From an uncultured virus (IMG/VR IMGVR_UViG_3300028800_000079) (lineage: Duplodnaviria; Heunggongvirae; Uroviricota; Caudoviricetes), in IMG/VR virus record IMGVR_UViG_3300028800_000079: 20,000 bases of DNA; one strand, given 5' to 3'. Position 1 is the stretch's first letter, and every line of letters starts with the position of its first letter. Position numbers and translations under genes: made by a program. Below, piece by piece: positions 1 through 8,617 of the stretch. The notes below the pieces were generated by a model, which worked only from the letters and a program-made list of their open reading frames with translations, was not told the DNA's origin and did not search any database.

Positions 1-734
1 TTCGTCCCCGTCAAGATCCGGTGCAACGCCACATAGTCGTCCTGCTTGATCTTCACACGCTCCCATGTCCCCTGGTAGACGACCACGACGCCTTCCGCGT
101 TCGGGCGTGGCGGCAACCGGAGAGCGTCCGCGAGCGTGGCCGCGTCGATCTCCTCAATCCACGGCATCGCGCAATCACTCCAGGCGTAGTCGAGAGCCGG
201 GAACCCTGTCTCGGTGACGAGAATGTCGAGCAGGATCAGGTCGTCGGTGTCGCCGTAGTCCACCACGATCCGGTTGGCTGCGTACACGATCTCGAACAAG
301 TACGTCAACGCCGGATCCGGCATGAAGTTGCCGTAGCGGGCACGGAGAACCTGTGTGGCGTGCAACGCCTGCTCGGACATGAACGATCCGCGCGTCGCGA
401 CCGCCCAGCCATCACCAGCCGGGTAGAGGATCCCGAGCGAGCCGTCCGCCTTGTTGAACACGCGGACGGGAGCCTCCATATCCAAGCTGCCCTCGTCGTG
501 CTCGCCGTAGTTGTGGAACTTCGGAAACGGCCGCGCCACCACCTCGCCGGACTCCACGCTGTAGATCAGGCCGCGGCACGTCCGGGTCACGTCGTCCCAG
601 GCGCGGTCGGACTGGCACGCGGCGGTGTAGTTGAGAATCGCGAGCGGAAGCGACGGATGTCGTTGCTCGCGCACGTAGCCAGCCTCGATCCGTGCGGCGA
701 GCAGTTCCGGGTCAACGATGTCGGCGAGAAGCAC
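1..734 (-). CDS. T4 Rnl1/RnlA-family RNA ligase (3' end runs off the window)
   Basis: Manual translation from GTG at 734: MLLADIVDPELLAARIEAGYVREQRHPSLPLAILNYT...CRGLI...VVARPFPKFHNYGE...NKADGSLGI...ATRGSF.SEQA...YLFEIV...NRIVVDY...NAEGVVVV...RVKIKQDDY. Has nucleotidyltransferase motif I (KxDGS), III (FE), IV (EGxVV) and V (KIK). Absent from the ORF track because no stop lies in the window. Confidence 0.93.
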   Translation of the reverse strand, partial: MLLADIVDPELLAARIEAGYVREQRHPSLPLAILNYTAACQSDRAWDDVTRTCRGLIYSVESGEVVARPFPKFHNYGEHDEGSLDMEAPVRVFNKADGSLGILYPAGDGWAVATRGSFMSEQALHATQVLRARYGNFMPDPALTYLFEIVYAANRIVVDYGDTDDLILLDILVTETGFPALDYAWSDCAMPWIEEIDAATLADALRLPPRPNAEGVVVVYQGTWERVKIKQDDYVALHRILTGT

Positions 735-740
735 AAACGC

Positions 741-769
741 ACCCTACCACGTCTCGTATAGCTAGTCCA
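741..769 (-). promoter_or_regulatory. sigmaA-like promoter for a leaderless RNA ligase mRNA
   Basis: Minus strand reads TGGACT-17 bp-TAGGGT with TG upstream of the -10 box. GTG start is 6 nt downstream and there is no SD. Confidence 0.6.
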
Positions 770-783
770 TCACGCGGGAGTGA
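770..783. promoter_or_regulatory. Palindromic motif copy 1 (TCACGCGGGAGTGA)
   Basis: One mismatch from TCACGCnnGCGTGA; directly abuts the ligase -35 box. Confidence 0.7.
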
Positions 784-795
784 AACGGACTCCGA

Positions 796-1133
796 TGCTT
801 CGCGGCGTCTCGCGCCCCCTGCTGGTGGTTGAATACCGAGTGATGCAGGAACCCGTCACCGGCCCCGCCGCCACCGTCTACCTCGGCGCGTGGTTCTGCG
901 CCGCACAGCGCGGGCACGGCCTGAACGCGGCCCGTGTGGCGAGGGACGCGCACCGCTGCCGCAACACCGCCGTCCGGGGCAGGCTGGGGTTCGCGTCGAG
1001 GGTGAATCGGCCGGTGATGACGCTGCCGTCGCTGGCTCCGCACGCGGTGCGGCAGACGCGGCAGCCGAAGCCGGTACGTCGCGGACGCGTCCTTCAGGAG
1101 CGCGGCAGACCCCGACTAGCGGGGGCGGTTTAG
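796..1133 (+). CDS. Arg-rich hypothetical protein
   Basis: High-GC3 codons; TAG stop directly abuts the GTG of the next gene. Start uncertain (780 or 796). Confidence 0.5.
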
Positions 1134-1691
1134 GTGTCGGTGCTTGTCGGCACCAGCCCGACCGACCTGTACGTCGCCGCGCAGGACCTCCTGACGGCCG
1201 CGTCGGATGCGTGCGACACCGTCCCGGACGCGGGCACCACGAAGGGCGGACACATCGTCCGCCAGTACGTCTCGCCGGGACTACCGCCCTGGGACGGCTG
1301 CCCACAACTCACCGTCCACGTCGGGAGCGCGGTGCTCGGAGACACGGCCCCGTTGCAGCCGCCGCTCCAGCCCGGCGTCCGCGAAGGCGCAAACCGGGCG
1401 GTGCGGCTGGTCGCGTTCACGGTCACCGTGCTCCGCTGCGTCCCCGTGATCGGCAACGTCGGCCCGAAAACCCCGTCACCGCAAACCATCTCGGATGCAG
1501 CGCAGGTGATCGACTCCGACCTGTGGGCGATCTGGAACCATCTCGCAGCCCTGAAACGGGCCGGGCTGCTGTTCCCGCCCGACAAGACGCGCGTCATGTT
1601 CTTCGACCCTGCCGTCGCGGTGAACACGTCCGGTGGCACTGGCGGCTGGCAACTTCAATTTCGAGTCGAGATGCCGTCGTACCCCTCATGA
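1134..1691 (+). CDS. Virion neck/tail terminator-like protein
   Basis: 185 aa with good codon bias, upstream of gp10-like, chaperone and tape measure genes. Function inferred from synteny. Confidence 0.6.
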   Translation: MSVLVGTSPTDLYVAAQDLLTAASDACDTVPDAGTTKGGHIVRQYVSPGLPPWDGCPQLTVHVGSAVLGDTAPLQPPLQPGVREGANRAVRLVAFTVTVLRCVPVIGNVGPKTPSPQTISDAAQVIDSDLWAIWNHLAALKRAGLLFPPDKTRVMFFDPAVAVNTSGGTGGWQLQFRVEMPSYPS

Positions 1692-2452
1692 CAGAGACGA
1701 CCATCAGAACCTGTGAATGTGGTAAGCCGGTTGTGGCTAGAGGATTGTGTCACTCTCATTATCGGAAGGTGATGCGTTCCGAGCCTGATGGCGGCAGGTT
1801 GCGTAAGGCGGCGACGAATCGTTTCCTGGATTCGATCTCGCATGAAGGTGAATGCTGGATTTGGGCAGCCGCCCTAGACAATGGAGGCCGCCCGAAGATT
1901 TGGTGTGAGCGTACCTTTATCCCGGCTAAGAGATTTGCCTACGAGACATTCATTGGTCCTCTACCGACCAAATGGGTGAAGTCAGCGTGCGGGAACGTGC
2001 TCTGCGTCAATCCCGAGCACTTGAAGGTGAGCACGCATCTCGTGGGAGACGAGGAGACGAAGCCGTGCTCCAAGTGCAGGAAGGTCAAGCCGCGTTCTGA
2101 GTTCACCGTTGATGGTGGGTATCTGCGTGGGCCATGTAAGGAGTGCGAATCGAAACGAGATCATGGCGTGGCGCAGAGGAAGGCGAAAGCTAAGAAGTAT
2201 GGGCTTTCTCTGGACGATTACGAGCAAATGCTGGCAGCACAAGGAGGGGTTTGCGCCATCTGTCAGAGGCCGGAGACATTCGTTACGAGGGGGACAGTTT
2301 CGTCTCTTGGTATCGACCACGATCACGAGACGGGGGTTGTCCGTGGGCTACTCTGCCGCCTCTGCAACGCTGGAATCGGTGGTCTACAAGATTCCCCTGA
2401 ACTCCTAGAGCGGGCAGCGGAATACCTTCGCGGCTACGAGGTGTCGCCGTGA
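1688..2452 (+). CDS. Homing-type endonuclease: Zn finger + degenerate HNH domain + endonuclease VII domain
   Basis: ATGA overlap with the previous gene. Motifs CECG..CHSHY; ECWIW...AKRFAY...CGNVLCVNPEHL; CSKC/CKEC; YGLSLDDYEQMLAAQGGVCAIC...IDHDHETGVVRGLLCRLCN (EndoVII signature). Visibly lower GC than flanks. Confidence 0.88.
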   Translation: MTETTIRTCECGKPVVARGLCHSHYRKVMRSEPDGGRLRKAATNRFLDSISHEGECWIWAAALDNGGRPKIWCERTFIPAKRFAYETFIGPLPTKWVKSACGNVLCVNPEHLKVSTHLVGDEETKPCSKCRKVKPRSEFTVDGGYLRGPCKECESKRDHGVAQRKAKAKKYGLSLDDYEQMLAAQGGVCAICQRPETFVTRGTVSSLGIDHDHETGVVRGLLCRLCNAGIGGLQDSPELLERAAEYLRGYEVSP

Positions 2453-2790
2453 AGTTCGAGTGGAACAGCGCCGCGTTCACGGAGTTGCTGAACGGGCCGG
2501 TGATGCAGGATCTGACGATGCGCGCGATCCGGGTGGAGGCCGCGGCGAAACAGAACGCGACCGAACGGCCAGGCCCGAGAGTGCGGACAGGACGGTTGCG
2601 CGGCTCGATTACGTGGCATCAAAACCCGGCGAGTGCAGGACAAATGCCCTCCGTCGATATAGGAACAGCGGTGGTATATGCGCCGTTCGTGGAGTTGGGG
2701 CACAACGTCGTCAGAGGCGGGCGTGTCGTGGGCTACGCGCCTCCGAGGCCCTTCCTACGGCCCAGTCTAGAGAGTGCTCGTACGACCTAA
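2449..2790 (+). CDS. HK97 gp10-like neck/tail completion protein
   Basis: Pattern VRTGRLRGSI...VYAPFVELG...PRPFLRPSL; GTGA overlap with the previous gene. Confidence 0.85.
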   Translation: MKFEWNSAAFTELLNGPVMQDLTMRAIRVEAAAKQNATERPGPRVRTGRLRGSITWHQNPASAGQMPSVDIGTAVVYAPFVELGHNVVRGGRVVGYAPPRPFLRPSLESARTT

Positions 2791-2819
2791 ATGCCGAACC
2801 GAAGTAAGGAGCAGACACG

Positions 2820-3299
2820 ATGGCAGCAGTACCCGGATTGGCGATGGACTTCGATGTGGCGCGCAAGCAGCGCGCTACCCGCGACGCCAGGGATAGGGCG
2901 AAGCGGACGTTCCGGATCGGCGGCGAGACGTTCGTGTGGTCGCCGGTCGCGCGCCCGGAAGCGCTCACGGTATTGACGACGATCCGGCCGGGGAAACGCA
3001 ACCCGGACGGCAGCTACGTCCTCGACGCGGACGGCGAGCCTGTCGATCGCGGCACACCGCTGCACGAGAGCGTGGAGATCATCGACGGGATCATCGAGGA
3101 CCTGATCGAGGACGGCGACGACGCGCACACGCGCTGGCGTGAGCTTCGCACCCGCAAAGTCGATCCGATCACGCTGGAAGACATGCAGGAGCTGGTGCAG
3201 TGGCTGATCGTGCAGGTGGCGAACCGAACCCCTACTCAGCCGTCCTCGCCCTCCACCAATGGGCGTGGACGAACCGCAACAGCCTCGAAGGACGCCTGA
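2820..3299 (+). CDS. Tail assembly chaperone (short form)
   Basis: SD AAGGAG upstream; lies just before the tape measure gene; low-complexity S/T/P tail after ...ANRTPT. Confidence 0.75.
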   Translation: MAAVPGLAMDFDVARKQRATRDARDRAKRTFRIGGETFVWSPVARPEALTVLTTIRPGKRNPDGSYVLDADGEPVDRGTPLHESVEIIDGIIEDLIEDGDDAHTRWRELRTRKVDPITLEDMQELVQWLIVQVANRTPTQPSSPSTNGRGRTATASKDA

Positions 3300-3556
3300 T
3301 CCTTGCCGGGCGGGAAGGGATAGACGACTTGACGCTCCGCCAGTTCGTGAACGTCGCCTACGTCGCGTTGACCGAGAACGCCCACCACACAAAGGAGGGC
3401 CAGGACGCGAAGCGGAAGCTCGACATGACGTTGTCGATGCAGCCTGCGACGGGGATGCTCGGCCAGCCGAACCGGAGGCACGCCGCGAAGAGTGTCGGCA
3501 CCGACTCGCTGATGGCGCTGATGGGCGCACCCCCCGGAGCACCCGTTGCACCGTAG
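2820..3556 (+). CDS. Tail assembly chaperone long form via probable -1 frameshift near 3227-3236
   Basis: The -1 frame is open from before 3227 to 3556 (PYSAVLALHQWAWTNRNSLEGRLILAG...) with no obvious SD-linked start; classic G/GT arrangement. Confidence 0.6.
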
Positions 3557-3562
3557 TCCGAT

Positions 3563-3576
3563 TCACTCCCGCGTGA
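3563..3576. promoter_or_regulatory. Palindromic motif copy 2 (TCACTCCCGCGTGA)
   Basis: Exact reverse complement of copy 1; intergenic, upstream of the tape measure gene. Confidence 0.7.
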
Positions 3577-3604
3577 GACTCACTCTTAGGTTGAGGGTTA
3601 GCTG

Positions 3605-6600
3605 ATGGCGGGCGAATCGGGGCAGATAGCGGCGGCGTTCGTCCGCATCTATCCGGACCTGAGCGACTTCCAGGCGACCGTCGAAGCAGGGGCGACACAG
3701 GCCGGGGACCAGATCGCTACCGGCGTGCAGGCGGGCTTGCGGGAGGGCGCGGCGGGGTTCGCGCCGACCGAGGGGCAGTTGTCGATGTTCGGGGCGGAAG
3801 CGGGCGCGAAGATCGGGGACGGGCTCGCGGCCGGAGTCGCGTCCGGGGTGGAGAAATCCGTGTCGGAACTGGAGGCGATCCCGGCGGCGGCGGCTGCCGC
3901 GGCTGAGGAGTCGGCGGCGGCGGGGAAAGCGGCGTCCGACAAGATGGGGAGCGGCTTCATGTCGGGCGGCATGGGGAAAATCTTCGGTGGCGGCCTGATC
4001 GCCGCGATCGGCGGCACCGTGCTCGGCCATCTCGCGTCCAGCGCGGCGGACACGGCGGAGCAGATGATGAAGCTCCAGACGGTGATGGGCCTGTCGGCGC
4101 AGCAGGCGCAACGGTTCGCGATCGAAGCGTCCGGGGCCGGATTGTCCACACAGAAACTGACGGTGATGGCGGGCCGTCTCGACAAGCAGTTGGCGTCGGC
4201 GTCGTCCGGGTCGGCGTCACAGGCGAAAGCCCTCGACCAGCTCGGGATCAGCGCCGACACGTTCGCGAACTCGAAAGCTCCCGAGCAGGCTGCGCTACTG
4301 GCGAAACACATTGCCGAGTCGAACCTGCCCGCGAAAGAACTGTCCGGCCTGGTCAAGAAATTCAACATCGACCCGGCCGCGCTCACAGGGGCGCACTCGT
4401 ACGGCGACCTGCTGAAAGTGATCGAGAAGGGACTCCAGACGAGCGCGCAGACCGGGAACGCGTTCGCGCGGACACTCGCCCAGAACGGGATCAGCATCAC
4501 CGCGTTCAAGGCGCAGAACTTCCCCGACCAGTTGGCGACGATCGCTGCCGCCTACGAGAAGGCGAAGACTCCGGCGCAGGGGTTGGCGCTCGTGATGACC
4601 GCGTTCGGTCGGCAGGGCGTCCAGATGCTGCCGATGATCCAGAACATGGCGATGCTGAAGAAGACCGCCGACGAACTGCATCTACCGAAGATCGATGAGC
4701 GCGGCGCGGAAGTGGCGGGGATGCAGTTCAAGGAGTTGGACACCTACGTCAAGTTTCTCGCGCAGGATCTCGCGGTCAAGTTGGTGCCGCCGATCACGGC
4801 GGTCGCGAAGAAACTGATCGACATCGCGACCCCGATCGTGGAGTTCGTGAAGCACAGCGCGGCGGCGCAGGCCGCTATCGCAGCGCTCGCGGGCGGATTC
4901 CTCGCGTTCAAAGCGGTCGGCGTGGTCGAGTCAATCTTCACGCCGATCATCACCGTGATCCGGAACCTGGTCACGCTGATCCCTGGCGTGACCGCGGAGA
5001 TGGTCGGGTTGGACACGGCGATGGACGCGAACCCGATCGGGGCGGTCGCGGTCGCAATCGGCGCGCTGATCGCGGGCCTCGTGGTGCTGTACGAGAAGGT
5101 GCCTGCGGTACGGAACGTGATCAACGACGCGTTCTCCGGGATCAAAGCCGTCGTCGGGGACACCGTCACGTTCCTGGAGGGCTTGTGGGCGCGCTGGGGC
5201 GCGACGATCACCGCTGACACCGACAAGGTGTGGGGCGTCGTGAAACAGGTGGTGTCCGACGCGATCAAGGTGGTGTCCGCCGTTATCCAGACCACCGTGC
5301 AGGTGATCGAGGCGATCTGGCAGCGGTGGGGCTCAACAATCGAGTCGGTCGCGAGAACCTACTTCGACGCGGTGAAAACCGAGATTGAGACGGTCGTGAA
5401 AGTGATCGCCGACATCATCCGGATCGCGCTCGACCTGATCCACGGCCACTGGTCGAAGGCGTGGAAAGACCTGGAAAACCTCGTCTCCACCGTGTTCTCG
5501 GGGATTGAGACGATCATTCTGGATTCCACGAAGATCATGCTCACGCTCGCGGAAGCAGTCGGGAAAGCAATCCTGGACGGTGTGCTCGCAGGGTTGAAGG
5601 GGATCGCTGACCTTGTAATGAAGGGGTTGGGCAAGATCGGGGATGGGATCTCCACGATCGCTGCGGATGCGTTGAAGTGGGGAGAACAACTCGGCGAAAC
5701 ACTGGTGAAAGGCATCTTGTCCGGACTGGGTGGCCTCGCTAAGGATGTTGGCGGCGGTATCGTCAGTGGCCTGAAGGGGGCCGTCTCGTGGGCGGGCGGC
5801 ATACTGCACGGCTCCGGCAACTTCCAGTTCACGAACGAAGCGGTCGGGGTTCCGATGGGGCAAGGCATCCTGGACGGGATCGACAAGGCGCTCGCCGGGA
5901 ACGCGGTCGGGAAGAAGATGGCGTCGAAGATCAAGGACGCGACCGCCTCCGCGCTGGAATCTCTCCAGACTTCGTTCAAGAGCCTGGAGGCGAAGGCGAA
6001 GGAACTCGGCCCGTCACTAGGCGCTGCTGGGGAAGCGGCCCTCCAAAAGCTCCACGACGCGGTGGCGCACGCGGTCACCACTACCGACGTAACGAACGCT
6101 CGCGCGGCGATCTCGAAGGCGTCCGCGCAACTCTCTAGCGATCTAGCGACGTTGAAGCAGCACATCGCGGACGCGAAGGTATTCGACGGGTTGAAGACGC
6201 AGGCGGCAAAGCTCGGCCAGGACGTGACCCCGGCGATCACCGCGGCGATGAAAAAGATCCAGGACGAGATGGCGACTGTGGTGACCGTGTCTGGGCAGGC
6301 GAAAATCGCGTCGCAGGTGACGAAACTGAAGAACCAGATCGCGGCGCTGCTCCAGCAGATCAAGACGAAGATTTCGTCGGAGCAGTCCGCGTTCTCGTCC
6401 GCGTTCTCGCAGCTTGTCGCGCCGCTCGACAGCGCGTTCCAGAAGGCAACCCAGAAGGCGCTCGCGTCGATGCAGGTGATGGTGAAGACTGCGCAAGGGT
6501 CGTTCCTGTTCGGCGGCGCGGCCGGGTCCCTCACTCCCGCCGAAGTGCAGTTGCAGAACTTGCAGGCGGCCCATGACGCGGCGGCGTTGCAGGCGCAGCT

Positions 6601-7453
6601 CGCGGCGGATCAGGCGCAACTGACGGCTGACCAGGCGGGGAACGCTTCGGCTATCGCCGCCGCGCAGGACACCTACAACAAGGCTGCGGCGGCGGTGGAC
6701 GCCGCGAAGAACGCTCTGCTCCCTGACCCGGCGTCGATCAAGGAGGCACAGGACGCGCTCGCGAACGCTGCCGCCGGGTTGAAGGACGTGACCGACCCCG
6801 GCAAGAACAGCAGCCAGACGCTCGCCGACACGCAGGCGATCGCGGAGGACAACTACAACATCCAGATCGCCGCGTTGCAGAAGACCGCCGACGCGGAGAA
6901 CCAGGCCGCCCAGGACCAGTTACAGGCGGCGCAGTCGGCGTTCCAGGATCAGCGCGACCTGTTGCAGACGCAGATGGATCAGCGGCTCGCGATCCTGGAG
7001 AAGGGGATGGAGGACGGCACCCTGTCCGCGCAGCAAGGGATGGACGCGTTGAACGCGATCCTGACCGACCCGAACTACGCGTTGAACGCGAACGGTGCGG
7101 CGTTCGCGATCGGCGGCAACATCTACACCGGGTTGCAGGCGGGCTTGGCCCCGGTGTTCCAGCTTCTCACCCAGTTGCAGACCGACCTGTCGAAGGTGGG
7201 AGTGAAGATCGGTGGCGGCACGATCCCGTACACGAGTCCGGTCGTGACGACCACCACTCCGGCCGGTGCGACCAGCCAGGGGTCGGGGCCGTACATCGGG
7301 ACGCTCACCGCGAACGATGTGAAGCAGCAGATCACCGACCCGATCGTGGACGCGCTCGCCACCCAGACGAAGGTGATCCAGGGGCAGCAGACAACCGTGA
7401 ATGTGACTTCCAGTAACCCGATCTTGCAGCTCGGCGTGTCGGTGCCTAGATGA
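3605..7453 (+). CDS. Tape measure protein
   Basis: 1282 aa, Ala/Gly-rich and helical; N-terminal IAAAFVRIYPD; AMDANPIGAVAVAIGALIAGLVVLY motif; periodic W/F repeats; follows the chaperone. Confidence 0.95.
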   Translation: MAGESGQIAAAFVRIYPDLSDFQATVEAGATQAGDQIATGVQAGLREGAAGFAPTEGQLSMFGAEAGAKIGDGLAAGVASGVEKSVSELEAIPAAAAAAAEESAAAGKAASDKMGSGFMSGGMGKIFGGGLIAAIGGTVLGHLASSAADTAEQMMKLQTVMGLSAQQAQRFAIEASGAGLSTQKLTVMAGRLDKQLASASSGSASQAKALDQLGISADTFANSKAPEQAALLAKHIAESNLPAKELSGLVKKFNIDPAALTGAHSYGDLLKVIEKGLQTSAQTGNAFARTLAQNGISITAFKAQNFPDQLATIAAAYEKAKTPAQGLALVMTAFGRQGVQMLPMIQNMAMLKKTADELHLPKIDERGAEVAGMQFKELDTYVKFLAQDLAVKLVPPITAVAKKLIDIATPIVEFVKHSAAAQAAIAALAGGFLAFKAVGVVESIFTPIITVIRNLVTLIPGVTAEMVGLDTAMDANPIGAVAVAIGALIAGLVVLYEKVPAVRNVINDAFSGIKAVVGDTVTFLEGLWARWGATITADTDKVWGVVKQVVSDAIKVVSAVIQTTVQVIEAIWQRWGSTIESVARTYFDAVKTEIETVVKVIADIIRIALDLIHGHWSKAWKDLENLVSTVFSGIETIILDSTKIMLTLAEAVGKAILDGVLAGLKGIADLVMKGLGKIGDGISTIAADALKWGEQLGETLVKGILSGLGGLAKDVGGGIVSGLKGAVSWAGGILHGSGNFQFTNEAVGVPMGQGILDGIDKALAGNAVGKKMASKIKDATASALESLQTSFKSLEAKAKELGPSLGAAGEAALQKLHDAVAHAVTTTDVTNARAAISKASAQLSSDLATLKQHIADAKVFDGLKTQAAKLGQDVTPAITAAMKKIQDEMATVVTVSGQAKIASQVTKLKNQIAALLQQIKTKISSEQSAFSSAFSQLVAPLDSAFQKATQKALASMQVMVKTAQGSFLFGGAAGSLTPAEVQLQNLQAAHDAAALQAQLAADQAQLTADQAGNASAIAAAQDTYNKAAAAVDAAKNALLPDPASIKEAQDALANAAAGLKDVTDPGKNSSQTLADTQAIAEDNYNIQIAALQKTADAENQAAQDQLQAAQSAFQDQRDLLQTQMDQRLAILEKGMEDGTLSAQQGMDALNAILTDPNYALNANGAAFAIGGNIYTGLQAGLAPVFQLLTQLQTDLSKVGVKIGGGTIPYTSPVVTTTTPAGATSQGSGPYIGTLTANDVKQQITDPIVDALATQTKVIQGQQTTVNVTSSNPILQLGVSVPR

Positions 7454-8616
7454 CCGTTCTCGGTCAGCAGGGGCCGCTGCCGTATCTCAGTCTGGCCGGG
7501 GTCGAGATCGCGAACGAGGCGCGCACGGTCGCGTACCTGTTGAACGGGCTCGCGGACGGGTCGCAAGGCCACTTCGTGATGGGCGACGGGTCCCCCTGCT
7601 CCGTGCTGTACCGGCTCAACTCCACGAACTGCACCCCCACCGTGTTCGTCAGTCCGGCCCACGATCCGGCACCCTGGTACGACGCGACCGAACCCGGATC
7701 CGCCAAGTTCCTCGGCCTCGTCCTTTTGGACATTGAGGGGTACGACTCCACGATCTTCCGGAACGTCGTCAACCGCTACACCGGTTTGGGCGGCGGAACG
7801 TTCGGGTCGCAGCAGCGGAACCCCAGGGTGTGGAAGTTCCACGGCGTCATGATCTCCGCCGACGACACCGGCACCGAGTACGGGCTACGGTGGCTCACGC
7901 AGCAGTTGCAGGCGTCCGAGTGCGACACCTGCGACACAACGAACCTGACCGTCCGTCTGGTTTGTCCGCCAGGTGACTGTTCCGACGATTCGCTGGGGAA
8001 GTGGACATCGTACGAGGTGGCGCTCACCTCGGGGCCAACCGAGGGAAGCCTGATCACAGGCCAGACGGACGGGTATATGGGCGGCCAGCGTGACGCGATC
8101 CTGGTGGAATTCACGCTTACGGCCGGTAACCCGTTCCTCTACCGCGACCCCGAACCGTGCCTTACCGCAACGATCGGGGCCGGGGTATGCGACGACATCT
8201 GTGAGTTCCTGTTCGGAGGCGGAAGCCTCACCGACTGCTGCGACGTGTCCGCTCCGGCGCAGGGCGTCACAGGCGCGATCGCGGAGTTCACAAACAACAG
8301 TTCGACCGACTCGGGCAGCGTGTTCATCTCCTACTACCCCGGCTGTAACAGCGCGTCTGCTGGAGCGACGATTGTGGTTGACACTGTTCCGGCGTCTTCG
8401 ACCGTTACGGTGGACTCGGCGCGGCACACCGTCACGATCACGCAGGCGGGTGTCACCTCGGACGCGTTCGACCTGCTTGTCCTGGCGGATGGAGAACCCG
8501 TCGAGTGGGTCGAGATCCGCGACTGTGACCAGGACGGCTGCTTCTGCGTCGGCCCCTACTCCTGCTTCGCCGGGTCAGTGACCGCTGTAGTCACCTCACA
8601 GAACAGGCAGGGCTAA
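7450..8616 (+). CDS. Minor tail protein (distal tail, Dit-like), Cys-rich
   Basis: ATGA overlap with the tape measure gene; VEFTLTAGNPFLY motif typical of Dit-like proteins; 16 Cys in 388 aa. Confidence 0.75.
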   Translation: MTVLGQQGPLPYLSLAGVEIANEARTVAYLLNGLADGSQGHFVMGDGSPCSVLYRLNSTNCTPTVFVSPAHDPAPWYDATEPGSAKFLGLVLLDIEGYDSTIFRNVVNRYTGLGGGTFGSQQRNPRVWKFHGVMISADDTGTEYGLRWLTQQLQASECDTCDTTNLTVRLVCPPGDCSDDSLGKWTSYEVALTSGPTEGSLITGQTDGYMGGQRDAILVEFTLTAGNPFLYRDPEPCLTATIGAGVCDDICEFLFGGGSLTDCCDVSAPAQGVTGAIAEFTNNSSTDSGSVFISYYPGCNSASAGATIVVDTVPASSTVTVDSARHTVTITQAGVTSDAFDLLVLADGEPVEWVEIRDCDQDGCFCVGPYSCFAGSVTAVVTSQNRQG

Positions 8617-8617
8617 C

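Noticed and set aside
21..761. 246-aa plus-strand ORF in the track
   Set aside because: Antisense shadow of the RNA ligase, which carries the recognisable motifs.
890..1687. N-terminal extension making a 520-aa nuclease ORF
   Set aside because: Overlaps two better genes in other frames; the true start is ATG 1688 with an ATGA overlap.
6531..6544. Partial palindrome-motif matches inside the tape measure gene (also near 4971 and 5541)
   Set aside because: Two or more mismatches or wrong spacing, within coding sequence; compatible with chance.
3563..7842. Long minus-strand ORFs opposite the tape measure gene
   Set aside because: Typical high-GC antisense shadows with no motifs or start signals.
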